Shown one piece after another: positions 9,299 to 18,653 of a stretch of 61,378 nucleotides of DNA. The position numbers were made by a program, and so were the translations under genes. The first letter of the stretch is position 1. Every line of letters starts with the position of its first letter. The notes beneath the pieces are model-generated. The model saw only the letters and a list, made by a program, of their open reading frames with translations. It was not told the DNA's origin and did no database searches. Source of the DNA: an uncultured Anaerolineales bacterium (GTDB taxonomy: Bacteria; Chloroflexota; Anaerolineae; B4-G1; SLSP01); NCBI GenBank assembly GCA_964508025.1, contig CAZDSF010000008.1:22088-83465 (forward strand), written 5' to 3'.

Positions 9299-10990
9299 AT
9301 GGAAATCAAAGAAATCGCCAAACACCTACACCAGATTCCGTTGTTCCAGGGTTTGAAGGATGACCGCGACGAGCTAGAGCTCTATCGGGTCGCTGCGTTA
9401 GCTAAAGAGGCGGAGTATGCTCCTGGAGAGCGGCTGTTCGGGCAAGGAGAATCCGCCGATCGGCTGTATTATGTGTTGCGCGGCCGGATCCAGTTGACGC
9501 GCCTGGGCGCCGATGGTGTCCGCGCCGACCTGGGGATGAAGCGTCCGGGAGATGCCTTCGGCGAGACTGGGCTGCTGGTCGGCGACTTCCACGACGCCAC
9601 CGCTGAAGCGCTTTCGCCGGTGCGCTTGTTGTATCTGGAGCGTGGGGAATTCCTCACGCTCTTGGAGCAGCGTCCTCGATTGCGGCAGCGGTTGGCGCTC
9701 AGCCCGGAGACGCTGCGAAAGCAGCACATTCCGCGCTTTTCCTGGATGCGCGATGACGAGTGGGCGGTGCATCTGGGTCGCCGGCATCTGATGGGGCTGA
9801 TGCGGCGGATCATGCTGCCTGTGTTGGCGCTGGTGCTGGTTGTAGTGCTCGCCTATATGCTGGCGCGAGTCTCGGCAACTGCGGCGCTGGTCGTGGGGCT
9901 GCTTTTGAGCCTTTTCCCGGCGGGGCTGTTGGCCTGGGACTATATTGACTGGTACGATGATCGCTTCATCCTCACCACGCAGCGGGTAGTTCATCTGGAG
10001 CGCAAAGGCCCTTTTGGCAGTATGTCCGAGGAAGCGGCGCTGGATGACATTCAGGATGTCCTCGAAGTGCGCTCGAATGTGGTGGCGAATCTGTTGGATT
10101 ACGGCGACATCATCCTCCAAACGGCGGGCGGCACCGTGAAGATTGACTTCACCGAAGTGGGGCAGCCTAGCTTGTGGCGCCAGCTGATCCTGCGGGAGAT
10201 GGGGCGGATTCAGGCGCGCCGCGTGGTGCGGATGCGCGGCGAGACGCGCCAACAGCTCGAGGCCCGGCTGAATCTGGCGCCGCCGCCGGAACCAACGGTC
10301 GTACAGACCGAGCCGCCGAAGCCGCCTTCTCCGGTGACGTTTTTCGCTAAAACCTTTCTGGAATTGCTGTTCCCGGCGAGTTGGGTGGAAAGTCCTGATA
10401 AGCTCACGATCAGATGGCGGCGTTTCTGGCTGCCGGGATTTTTCCACTACTGGTGGGTCTCCATGCTTTTCTTGCTCATCACTTTTGGCGGTCTGATCGT
10501 GTTGGCATCGCTAGAGCCGGCAGATATGGCATACTGGCTGATTCCCTGGCTGTTTGCGGAAGTGGTTTTGCTGTGTGTGGTGCTGTGGTACATCGAGGAC
10601 TGGCGCAACGACTTCTTCGAGATCACGCCGACCCACATCATTCATGTGGATCGCAAGCCGCTGTGGGGGCGCATCACCCGCCGCGAGGCGCGGTTGGATC
10701 GCATCCAGAACATCACCTCAGATGTGCCGAGTATCTGGGCGCGAATGTTGAAATACGGCTCAGTGACGCTGGAGACCGCCGGCGCCGAAGGGCAGTTCAA
10801 GATTTGCTACGTGCGGGATCCGGAGCGCGTGCGCGCCGAAATCTCCCGGCGGCAGCAGGAATTCCGCAAGCGCGACCTGACTCGCCAGGCGGCCCAGCGT
10901 CAAGACGAGCTGCTCAGCTGGTTTGCGATTTATGATTCGCTGCGTCATCCGCAGACCTATCCAGGTATGGAGGATGAGAATCTGGCATGA
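9299..10990 (+). CDS. cNMP-binding domain fused to a YdbT-like membrane protein with two bacterial PH (bPH_2) domains
   Basis: MEIKEIAKHLHQIPLFQGL...FGQGESADRLYYVLRGRI...GDAFGETGLL is a CAP/cNMP-binding fold. Two TM hairpins are each followed by WDYIDWYDDRFILTTQRVVHLERKGPFG.. and WYIEDWRNDFFEITPTHIIHVDRKPLWG.. (bPH_2/YdbS-YdbT-like). Confidence 0.7.
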   Translation: MEIKEIAKHLHQIPLFQGLKDDRDELELYRVAALAKEAEYAPGERLFGQGESADRLYYVLRGRIQLTRLGADGVRADLGMKRPGDAFGETGLLVGDFHDATAEALSPVRLLYLERGEFLTLLEQRPRLRQRLALSPETLRKQHIPRFSWMRDDEWAVHLGRRHLMGLMRRIMLPVLALVLVVVLAYMLARVSATAALVVGLLLSLFPAGLLAWDYIDWYDDRFILTTQRVVHLERKGPFGSMSEEAALDDIQDVLEVRSNVVANLLDYGDIILQTAGGTVKIDFTEVGQPSLWRQLILREMGRIQARRVVRMRGETRQQLEARLNLAPPPEPTVVQTEPPKPPSPVTFFAKTFLELLFPASWVESPDKLTIRWRRFWLPGFFHYWWVSMLFLLITFGGLIVLASLEPADMAYWLIPWLFAEVVLLCVVLWYIEDWRNDFFEITPTHIIHVDRKPLWGRITRREARLDRIQNITSDVPSIWARMLKYGSVTLETAGAEGQFKICYVRDPERVRAEISRRQQEFRKRDLTRQAAQRQDELLSWFAIYDSLRHPQTYPGMEDENLA

Positions 10991-11039
10991 GCGCCTGCCA
11001 AATCGAAGAGTGGATAATGTTTGGGGGAGGTAAGGGATT

Positions 11040-11588
11040 GTGACCGTGCGACCTGTGATTACAGTGGGCGATCCGCGCTTGCGACAGCGCTCGCGGACGG
11101 TGGATAAAATCACGCCGGATGTGCAGCAGTTGATTGATGACATGATCGAGACGATGCACGCCAGCGATGGCATTGGCCTGGCGGCGGTGCAGGTGGGCGT
11201 GCTGCAACAGATCATCGTGGTCGAGGTGCCGGAGGATGAAGAAATCCCCGGCAGCGGGCAGCGCTACATCGTCATCAACCCGGAGATCGTGCGCGCCTCG
11301 CAAGATGCGGAGATAGGGATTGAGGGGTGCCTTTCGGTGCCTGGGTACGTGGGTGATGTGGAGCGCTCGGTCTCCATCTTTGTGCGGGGCCTGGATCGGC
11401 GTGGACAGAAATTGCGCCTGCGGCTCAACGGTTTTCTGGCGCGTGTTTTCCAACATGAGATTGATCACACGCGAGGCGTATTGTACATTGATCGGTTGGT
11501 TGCGCCAGATCGTATCTGGCGGGTGAAAGAGGGGACTGAGGAACAGGTGGAGAAGGAAGGCGCCTTGCCCGCTGAAGCGCACGCTTGA
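11040..11588 (+). CDS. def: Peptide deformylase
   Basis: GIGLAAVQVG, EGCLSVPG and HEIDH motifs. GTG start. Confidence 0.95.
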   Translation: MTVRPVITVGDPRLRQRSRTVDKITPDVQQLIDDMIETMHASDGIGLAAVQVGVLQQIIVVEVPEDEEIPGSGQRYIVINPEIVRASQDAEIGIEGCLSVPGYVGDVERSVSIFVRGLDRRGQKLRLRLNGFLARVFQHEIDHTRGVLYIDRLVAPDRIWRVKEGTEEQVEKEGALPAEAHA

Positions 11589-11652
11589 GTGAGCGTTGCG
11601 CAAAACGAGGCTCTTGATCCTTCATCCTTATATTTTTTGGGGATGCAAGTGT

Positions 11653-12717
11653 ATGGTTTCGGTTCAACAAGTAATGCAAGCCCTGGCGCAGGTGATGGAT
11701 CCTGTAATCCGTCGTGATATTGTGGATTTGGGGATGGTGCGCGAGGTGCAAGTCAAGGGGCAGGTTGTTCATGTGACGGTGGCATTGACGGTGCCCAATT
11801 GCCCGATGCAGGGCAGCATTGCCGCCGATGTGCAGCAGGCGGTCGAGGCGTTGGAGGATGGCTTGCAGGCGCAGGTGACGATGACGGCGATGACGCCGCA
11901 AGAGAAAGAGCGTTTGCTCTCCAAGTTGCGTCAGGGGCGCCCTGAGCAGAAGCAACAGTCGTTGGCCGGGCAGATGAATAAGGTCAAGGCCGTCATCGCG
12001 GTACTAAGCGGCAAAGGCGGGGTGGGCAAATCCACCACCGCGGCGCTCCTCGCGGCGGGGCTGCGGCAGCAGGGCTTGCGCGTGGGCATCCTCGACGCTG
12101 ACATTACCGGGCCGAGCATTCCCAAGTTGCTCGGCGTGGACGAGGTCCCCGTGATGGGGCCGCTGGGCATTGTGCCGCCGCTTAGCGCGGGCGGTATCAA
12201 GCTCATGTCCATCAACTTGCTACTGCAAGAGCAGGATGACGCCGTAATCTGGCGCGGGCCGCTAATCTCCGGCGCGATTCAGCAATTCTGGAACGACGTG
12301 TTTTGGGGCGACCTGGATGTGCTGCTGGTGGATCTCCCGCCTGGCACCTCGGATGCGGCATTGACGGTGATGCAGGCATTGCCGGTGAACGGCGTGGTCA
12401 TCGTCACCTCGCCGCAGGATTTGGCGGATATGGTGGTGCGCAAAGCGGCGCGGATGGCGGAACAGTTGCGCGTGCCCATCCTGGGCATTGTGGAGAACAT
12501 GAGCTACGTGATCTGCCCGCATTGCGGCGAACGGCATGAGATTTTCGGCAAGGGCCGCGCTGAGACGCTGGCGACGGCCTTCAATACGAAATTCCTGGGG
12601 CATCTGGGATTGGATGCCGAACTCACGCGGCTTTCCGACGCCGGTCAAATCGAGGCTTATAGCAGCCCGGAAGTGGCGCACGTCATTGCGCAGGTGCGCG
12701 CGGCGTTGCCGGCATAA
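11653..12717 (+). CDS. apbC: Fe-S cluster carrier ATPase Mrp/ApbC with N-terminal DUF59 (MIP18) domain
   Basis: MVSVQQVMQALAQVMDPVIRRDIVDLGMV is DUF59. AVLSGKGGVGKSTTAALLA is a deviant Walker A. CPHCGERHEIFG. Confidence 0.9.
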   Translation: MVSVQQVMQALAQVMDPVIRRDIVDLGMVREVQVKGQVVHVTVALTVPNCPMQGSIAADVQQAVEALEDGLQAQVTMTAMTPQEKERLLSKLRQGRPEQKQQSLAGQMNKVKAVIAVLSGKGGVGKSTTAALLAAGLRQQGLRVGILDADITGPSIPKLLGVDEVPVMGPLGIVPPLSAGGIKLMSINLLLQEQDDAVIWRGPLISGAIQQFWNDVFWGDLDVLLVDLPPGTSDAALTVMQALPVNGVVIVTSPQDLADMVVRKAARMAEQLRVPILGIVENMSYVICPHCGERHEIFGKGRAETLATAFNTKFLGHLGLDAELTRLSDAGQIEAYSSPEVAHVIAQVRAALPA

Positions 12718-12734
12718 GCCGTATGTGGGCACCA

Positions 12735-12771
12735 GTGTTTTTGGGACGTGCTTCGCGCGTCCCAAAAACAC
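12735..12771 (+). terminator. Perfect 14-bp stem hairpin (gtgtttttgggacg / cgtcccaaaaacac, 9-nt loop) just after apbC
   Basis: Inverted repeat read directly. No classic U tract (followed by taataaag), so its terminator function is not established. Confidence 0.45.
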
Positions 12772-12856
12772 TAATAAAGAATCCTCTACACCTGTTTGCA
12801 AAACCTCTTCGGATTTTCTCCAAAGACCTGTGCTCCTGTATCCGAATTTCTGCCCA

Positions 12857-12885
12857 TTGACACTTTGTTGTTCTATGTTAGAATA
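12857..12885 (+). promoter_or_regulatory. Sigma70-like promoter: TTGACA-N16-TAGAAT upstream of the tetR gene
   Basis: ttgacactttgttgttctatgttagaat, read directly. Confidence 0.5.
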
Positions 12886-12928
12886 AAACTGACTGGTCGG
12901 TATTTTTCCTTCTTTTTGATTGGCACTT

Positions 12929-13534
12929 ATGGCAACACAACAGCGCAGCGAAGAAACCTACACCCGCATTCTGGATGCTGCAGCAGCGAGCTTTTCCCGC
13001 AACGGCTACGATGCCACAGGCGTGGCGGAGATCTGCCGCGCTGCCGGGGTCAGCAAGGGCGCATTCTACTACCACTTCCCTTCCAAACAGGCGCTCTTTA
13101 TCGCATTGTTGCAGCGGTGGCTCGATGAGCTCGACGTGAACATTGCCACTTTGCAGGCTGAAGCCTCCAGTGTGCCGGAGGCGCTCACCCGCATGGCGGA
13201 GGCGTTCCAGGCGGTGTTGCACACCGCCGATGGCAACCTCCCGATGTTCATGGAGTTCTTGTCCGCTGCGCAACGGGATCCCGTGGTCTGGGCTGCGACC
13301 GTGCAACCCTATCGCCGTTATCAACTCTGGTTTGCGGAGCTGATCGGGCGGGGCGTGGCCGAAGGCTCACTGCGACCGATGGCGCCGCAGCTCGCTTCGC
13401 AGCTGTTGGTCTCCTGGGCGGTGGGGATGCTGTTGCAGAGTATGTTGGATCCACAGGCGACGGATTGGGCTGGCGTGGCGCGGGAAAGCATCCAGTTGAT
13501 GCTGACGGGCCTGCTGGCTACTGCTGACGCCTGA
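12929..13534 (+). CDS. TetR/AcrR family transcriptional regulator
   Basis: TYTRILDAAAASFSRNGYDATGVAEICRAAGVSKGAFYYHFPSKQALF is the TetR HTH. The track starts at a TTG at 12920; the ATG at 12929 is used here. Confidence 0.85.
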   Translation: MATQQRSEETYTRILDAAAASFSRNGYDATGVAEICRAAGVSKGAFYYHFPSKQALFIALLQRWLDELDVNIATLQAEASSVPEALTRMAEAFQAVLHTADGNLPMFMEFLSAAQRDPVVWAATVQPYRRYQLWFAELIGRGVAEGSLRPMAPQLASQLLVSWAVGMLLQSMLDPQATDWAGVARESIQLMLTGLLATADA

Positions 13535-13575
13535 ATCCGATTTTGTGTGCCCATCAATCAAGAAGGAGTGTTCGC

Positions 13576-14586
13576 ATGAACGTGTTACTAACCGGCGCTT
13601 TTGGCAATATTGGCATGAGCGCGCTTGAGGCGCTTCTGGATCGCTGGCATCACGTGCGCTGCTTCGATGTGCCCACCGAGGCCAATCGTGCGCGCGCGGC
13701 GCGCTTCGGCGACAAGATCGAGGTGGTGTGGGGCGATCTGCGCAAGGCGGAGGATGTCAACGCCGCCGTGGTGGGGCAGGATGTGGTGGCGCATCTGGCT
13801 TTTATCATCCCCAAACTCTCCGTCACCGGCGCGGGCAGCGAGGAGCAGCCCGATCTGGCGTGGGAGGTGAACGTGGGCGGCACGCATCGCCTCATCGAGG
13901 CTATCCGCGCGCAGCCGCGCCCCCCAAAGCTGCTGTTCTCTTCCTCGTATCATGTCTTCGGTGTGACGCAGCATCTCCCCCCGCCGCGCACCGTGAATGA
14001 TCCGGTGGACCCCATCGAGCACTATTCCCGGCATAAGGTGGCCTGCGAGTGGATGGTGAAGGCTTCCAATTTGCAGTGGACGATTTTGCGTTTCTCGGCG
14101 ACGTTGCCTGTTGCGCTGACCCTGGATCCCTACATGTTCACCATCCCGTTGGATAACCGCATGGAGTTCACGCACACGCGCGATGTGGGCGTGGCGGTTG
14201 CCAACGCGGTGACTGCGGAGGCGGTGTGGGGCAAGACGTTGTTGATCGGCGGCGGGCCGCGTTGCCAGTTGCTCTACGGCGAGATCGTCTCCAAGGTGTT
14301 GGAGGCGGTCGGGGTGGGGATGCTGCCGGAACGGGCTTTCGGCGGCGGCTATTTTCCCACAGATTGGGTGGATAGCACGGAAAGCCAGCGCATTTTGCAG
14401 TACCAGCAGCGCACTTTCGATGACTATATCGCCGATTTGAAGGCGCTGCTTGGCGCGCGGCGGCATCTGGTGCGCTTGGGGCGGCCTCTTGTGCGCTCGT
14501 GGCTGCTGCGGAAGTCGCCCTTCTGGCAGGCGCGCCGGAAAGCGCGCGCCATCCCTGCTGTTGCGCCTCGTCCGGCGACGTTGTAG
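13576..14586 (+). CDS. NAD-dependent epimerase/dehydratase (extended SDR)
   Basis: MNVLLTGAFGNIGMSALEAL (GxxGxxG). YSRHK (YxxxK). Confidence 0.8.
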   Translation: MNVLLTGAFGNIGMSALEALLDRWHHVRCFDVPTEANRARAARFGDKIEVVWGDLRKAEDVNAAVVGQDVVAHLAFIIPKLSVTGAGSEEQPDLAWEVNVGGTHRLIEAIRAQPRPPKLLFSSSYHVFGVTQHLPPPRTVNDPVDPIEHYSRHKVACEWMVKASNLQWTILRFSATLPVALTLDPYMFTIPLDNRMEFTHTRDVGVAVANAVTAEAVWGKTLLIGGGPRCQLLYGEIVSKVLEAVGVGMLPERAFGGGYFPTDWVDSTESQRILQYQQRTFDDYIADLKALLGARRHLVRLGRPLVRSWLLRKSPFWQARRKARAIPAVAPRPATL

Positions 14587-14721
14587 GGTCTTCGCTTCTC
14601 AAGCGCTCTTGTCTGGCGTTCTCGAATTGCCGGACGGGGCGCTTTTTGCGTGCATTCTCATTTGTGCTACACTGACGGTGTGTGTTGACGGATGGCCGCT
14701 TAACGCTTTTGGGAGTCGAAC

Positions 14722-16137
14722 ATGGATACATACGACGCTTCTTCAAAACCTCGAAACTCTGTGTGGCTGGGGCTAGGCATCGCTGCGGGTTTGGCGACAG
14801 GATTGCACTTTCTGCGGCGGGCGTTGGCGCGCCGCGCTTTGCCGCCGCTGATCAAGGCGCGAGAAAGCGCCGGCGTTGCGCTGATTACGGGCGCGTCGAG
14901 CGGCATCGGCGCGGGGTATGCCCGCGCGTTGGCGCGGGCGGGCTACGATCTGATCCTGGTGGCGCGGCGCCAGGATCGGCTGGCGGCGCTGGCGGAGACG
15001 TTGCGCGCCGAGCACGGCATCATGGTGGAAGTGTTGCCTGCCGATCTCGGCGTTGCCGAGGATGTGGCGCGGGTCGCGGCGCGAATTGCGGGGCTGCCGG
15101 CGTTGGATTTCCTCATCAACAACGCGGGTTTTGGACGGGGGGAGCCTTTTGCTACGAGCGATATTGCAGGGCAGTTGGCGATGGTGCGCGTGCATCTGGA
15201 TGCGACGATGCAACTGACGCGCGCGGCGCTGCCCGGCATGATCGCGCGCGGGCGCGGCGCCGTGGTCAATGTGGCGTCGGTGATGGCGTTCTATCCGCTC
15301 CCTGGCAGCGCGACGTATGCGGCGACCAAGAGCGCGCTCAAGGTCTTCACGCAAGGGTTGCATCAGGAATTGCTGGGGACGGGCGTGCGTGTGCAGGTGC
15401 TCTGCCCCGGTCTCACCCGCACGGAGTTCCACGAGGCGGCGAATATGTCGGTGGATCAGGCGCCGCCGCTGGCGTGGCTGACGGCGGAGAAGGTGGCGGC
15501 GCATTCGCTGCGCGATCTCGCCGCCGATGCCGTTATCTCTGTGCCGGGCGCGGGCTACGCGGCGCTGACATGGATCGCCGGGTTGCTGCCGGCGGCGCTC
15601 TTCGATGGGATTGGGCGGGCTTACACGGCGCTGCGGCGTAGCAAGCCGCGCGGCGCTTTCGGCGGCTTTTCGCGGCGGACTTACGCCAGTGTGGGAGCGG
15701 CGTTAGCGGATTTGCGCGCGATTGTTCAGCAGCGCGCGCAGGTGCGCCGGGCCTTCGCGCTGCTGGAGCCGGCTTTCCGTGAGCGGCTGATGCTGACGGT
15801 GACGCAGGTGAACGGCTGCCGCTATTGCGCCCAGGCGCACGCGCGGATGGCGCTCGAAGGCGGGCTGGAGCAGGAGGAAATTGACGCGCTGCTCAGCGGG
15901 GCGGTGAATGCCTGTCCGCTGGATGAGGTGACGGCGTTGCTCTACGCGCAGCACTGGGCCGAGACCGCGGGAAATCCGACGCTGGCGGCGCGAGCCAAAG
16001 TGCGCGAGTGTTACGGCGAGGAGAAGACGGCAGCCATCGAGATGACGCTGCGCATGATCCAGGCCGGGAATCTGTTGGGCAACAGCTTTGATTATGTGTT
16101 GTACCGGCTCTCAGGGGGACGCTGGGGCGTTGGGTAG
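14722..16137 (+). CDS. Fusion of a classical SDR oxidoreductase (N-terminal) with a carboxymuconolactone decarboxylase / AhpD-like domain (C-terminal)
   Basis: ALITGASSGIGAGYARALA and YAATKSALKVF are the SDR motifs. The C-terminal TQVNGCRYCAQAHARMALEGG is CMD/AhpD-like (CxxC...H). Confidence 0.8.
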   Translation: MDTYDASSKPRNSVWLGLGIAAGLATGLHFLRRALARRALPPLIKARESAGVALITGASSGIGAGYARALARAGYDLILVARRQDRLAALAETLRAEHGIMVEVLPADLGVAEDVARVAARIAGLPALDFLINNAGFGRGEPFATSDIAGQLAMVRVHLDATMQLTRAALPGMIARGRGAVVNVASVMAFYPLPGSATYAATKSALKVFTQGLHQELLGTGVRVQVLCPGLTRTEFHEAANMSVDQAPPLAWLTAEKVAAHSLRDLAADAVISVPGAGYAALTWIAGLLPAALFDGIGRAYTALRRSKPRGAFGGFSRRTYASVGAALADLRAIVQQRAQVRRAFALLEPAFRERLMLTVTQVNGCRYCAQAHARMALEGGLEQEEIDALLSGAVNACPLDEVTALLYAQHWAETAGNPTLAARAKVRECYGEEKTAAIEMTLRMIQAGNLLGNSFDYVLYRLSGGRWGVG

Positions 16138-16237
16138 ATGGGGAGTTGGGGAGATGGGGAGCAGAGGAGCTGGGGGGCAGAGGAGCAACCAATAACTGTT
16201 TTCCAAGATCCTGGTGCTGGCGCATATTAATGAGGAC

Positions 16238-16330
16238 GAAAACAGTGAGTAGAGAGCCGTGAGCGGGAGAGAGGTATACCCTGCCTACTACGACCTGCTC
16301 TCTGCTCACCAGTTACTACTTTCACAGGAG
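16238..16330 (+). promoter_or_regulatory. Conserved 5'-leader element, copy B: gaaaacaGTGAGTAGAGAGCCGTGAGCGG...CTGCTCTCTGCTCACCAGTTACTACTTTCACAGGAG
   Basis: Identical 3' module and near-identical 5' module to copy A. Ends 8 nt before the S9 peptidase ATG. Confidence 0.55.
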
Positions 16331-16338
16331 ATTGCGGA

Positions 16339-18342
16339 ATGGCAAAAGAGAAACGTTTGGTGCGGGCGCGGGATTTGTACCGCCTGGAGTTGACGACGTA
16401 TGCGGAGCTTTCGCCGGATGGGCAGCATGTGGTCTATGCGGTGTCGCAGGTAGATGCGAAGACGCAGAAGAAATCCTCAAATCTGTGGATTGCGCCGACG
16501 AATGGCGGCGCCCCGTATCGCTTCACTTTTGGGAAGCAAGTGGACGCGATGCCGCGCTGGTCGCCGGATGGGACGCGCATCGCTTTCTTTTCCAATCGGG
16601 GTGAGGCGACGCAGATGCAGCTCTACATCATCCCCTTTGCCGGCGGAGAGGCGCGCCCACTCACGACCCTGAAGGGCGATTTCGACAGCTTTGAGTGGGC
16701 GCCCGATGGCAAGTCGCTGGTCATCCAGTTTCGCAAACAGGATGCCGAGGTCGCCGCGCGGGAGCAAGATCCGCAGAAGAAGGAATTGGGCGTGGTCGCC
16801 CGCCACATCACGCGCCTCTTCTACGCCCTCGATGGCGTGGGCTACTTGCCCCAGGAACGCTGGCATCTTTGGATCGTGGATGCGGAAAGCGGCGAGGCGC
16901 AGCAGTTGACCGAGGGGGCGATTCACGATGAGATTGGGCCGCGCTGGTCGCCGGATGGCGCCTCGATTGCGTTCTTCTCCAACCGCGCCGCCGACCCGGA
17001 TATGGAGCCGGCATTGGTGGATCTGTTTGTCGTCCCGGCAGAAGGCGGCGAGCCGCGTCGCCTGGAGACGCCAGTCGGGGAGAAATACGCACTCAGCTGG
17101 TCGCCGGATGGGCAGCAGATCGCCTATCTGGGGCGCGAAGGGGCCAAGGATTGGTGGAAACCGCAGCGTTTGTGGGTGGTCCCCGCCGATGGGAGCGCGC
17201 CGGCGTCTTGCCTTACCGCTGCCCATGATGTGAGCTTCGAAGCGGCGACGCTCACCGATACCGCAGGTTCGATGAATCTGCCGCCGGTTTGGTCGAACGA
17301 TGGGACGCGGCTCTATGCGCAGGCTTCGCGGCATGGCGGCACGGGACTTTACGCTGTCACTGTCGCGGATGGGGCGTTAGAGCCGGTGCTTGCCGGCGCG
17401 GAAGTGGTGGGCGCGTGGAGCTTCGATGCTTCACAGACGCGGTTGGCGTATCTGCGCAGCACGCTGCAAGACCCGGTGCAGGTGTGGATGCTGGATGTGG
17501 CTTCGCGGGCGACCTGGCAGTTGACGGCACTGAATGCGAAGTGGTTGCGCCGGGTGGCATTGGGCGAGATCGAGGAGGTGTGGTTCAAGGGACCAGATGG
17601 CAACGATCTCCAGGGTTGGATTCTCACGCCGCCGAATTTTGATCCCGGCAAGCGCTATCCCTCGATCATGGAAATTCACGGCGGGCCGCTGGCGCAGTAC
17701 GGCTACAGCTTCATGCATGAGTTCTACTATCTGGCGGCGCAGGGTTACGTCGTCTACTTCTGTAATCCGCGCGGCGGGCAGGGCTACGGCGAAGCGCATG
17801 CGGGGGCGATTTGGGGCGCGTGGGGCAGCGTGGATTACGCCGACCTCATGGCGTGGGCGGATTATGTCGCCGCGCTGCCGTACATTGACCCGGAGCGGAT
17901 GGGCGTCACCGGCGGGAGCTATGGCGGCTACATGACGGCGTGGATCATCGGGCACACGCAGCGCTTCAAGGGCGCGGTGGCGCAGCGTTGTGTAAGCAAT
18001 CTCATCAGCATGTGGGGCACGAGCGACTTCAACTGGACGTTCCAGGAGCCGTTTGGCGATCAGCCGCCCTACGAGAGCATCGAGACGCTGTGGGCGTGCT
18101 CGCCGGTGCGTTACATCGGCAACGCGACGACGCCGACGCTCGTGATCCACAGCGAGCGCGATTTACGCTGTCCTATCGAGCAGGGGCAACAGCTGTTCAC
18201 GGCGTTGAAGCGGGCGGGCGTGGAGACGGAATTTGTCATCTTTCCAGAAGAGTCGCACGGGCTATCGCGCGGTGGACGCACGGATCGGCGCATTGCGCGG
18301 CTCAAGCACATTCGGCGGTGGTTCGACCATCATCTGGCGTGA
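16339..18342 (+). CDS. S9 family serine peptidase (acylaminoacyl-peptidase / prolyl oligopeptidase type) with N-terminal beta-propeller
   Basis: Repeated WSPDG blades. GGSYGGYMTAW (nucleophile elbow), HSERDLRCP and EESHGL complete the triad. Confidence 0.9.
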   Translation: MAKEKRLVRARDLYRLELTTYAELSPDGQHVVYAVSQVDAKTQKKSSNLWIAPTNGGAPYRFTFGKQVDAMPRWSPDGTRIAFFSNRGEATQMQLYIIPFAGGEARPLTTLKGDFDSFEWAPDGKSLVIQFRKQDAEVAAREQDPQKKELGVVARHITRLFYALDGVGYLPQERWHLWIVDAESGEAQQLTEGAIHDEIGPRWSPDGASIAFFSNRAADPDMEPALVDLFVVPAEGGEPRRLETPVGEKYALSWSPDGQQIAYLGREGAKDWWKPQRLWVVPADGSAPASCLTAAHDVSFEAATLTDTAGSMNLPPVWSNDGTRLYAQASRHGGTGLYAVTVADGALEPVLAGAEVVGAWSFDASQTRLAYLRSTLQDPVQVWMLDVASRATWQLTALNAKWLRRVALGEIEEVWFKGPDGNDLQGWILTPPNFDPGKRYPSIMEIHGGPLAQYGYSFMHEFYYLAAQGYVVYFCNPRGGQGYGEAHAGAIWGAWGSVDYADLMAWADYVAALPYIDPERMGVTGGSYGGYMTAWIIGHTQRFKGAVAQRCVSNLISMWGTSDFNWTFQEPFGDQPPYESIETLWACSPVRYIGNATTPTLVIHSERDLRCPIEQGQQLFTALKRAGVETEFVIFPEESHGLSRGGRTDRRIARLKHIRRWFDHHLA

Positions 18343-18366
18343 GTTTTGAGCCTGGGGCCAATTTGA

Positions 18367-18416
18367 GGGATTCTTGCCAGGACGTTTTGCGTCCTGACAA
18401 GAATCCCTTTTTCTTT
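18367..18416 (+). terminator. Rho-independent terminator
   Basis: gggattcttgccaggacg-ttttg-cgtcctgacaagaatccc, an 18-bp stem with 1 mismatch, followed by tttttcttt. Confidence 0.75.
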
Positions 18417-18558
18417 GTCGCGTTGGCAGCAGTTGACGGAAGTCCGCCTGTTCCTATCCCTTTGGGTAGTTCGAATCTGTCCGTCCGGCTGATGGCAAAC
18501 TGGCTATGATTCGCTATGATGAAACCATAGCTGGATACAGTTACGATTTAACTCGTAC

Positions 18559-18587
18559 TTGACAAGATTTAAGATATGAATTAAGAT
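18559..18587 (+). promoter_or_regulatory. Candidate promoter TTGACA-N17-TAAGAT inside a ~170-bp AT-rich leader of the MFS gene
   Basis: ttgacaagatttaagatatgaattaagat. The surrounding 18480-18650 region is markedly AT-rich relative to the window. Confidence 0.35.
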
Positions 18588-18653
18588 TATCAAGTGTTTC
18601 TGGAATAAAGATAAAGAAATCAAAGTGGAATCTTAATTCTTATGAGGTGAGAC

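Noticed and set aside
16138-16200. Short tandem ggggagatggggag / gcagaggagc repeats after the SDR-CMD gene
   Set aside because: Only 2-3 imperfect units. No flanking inverted repeats or coding potential. Probably incidental low-complexity intergenic DNA.
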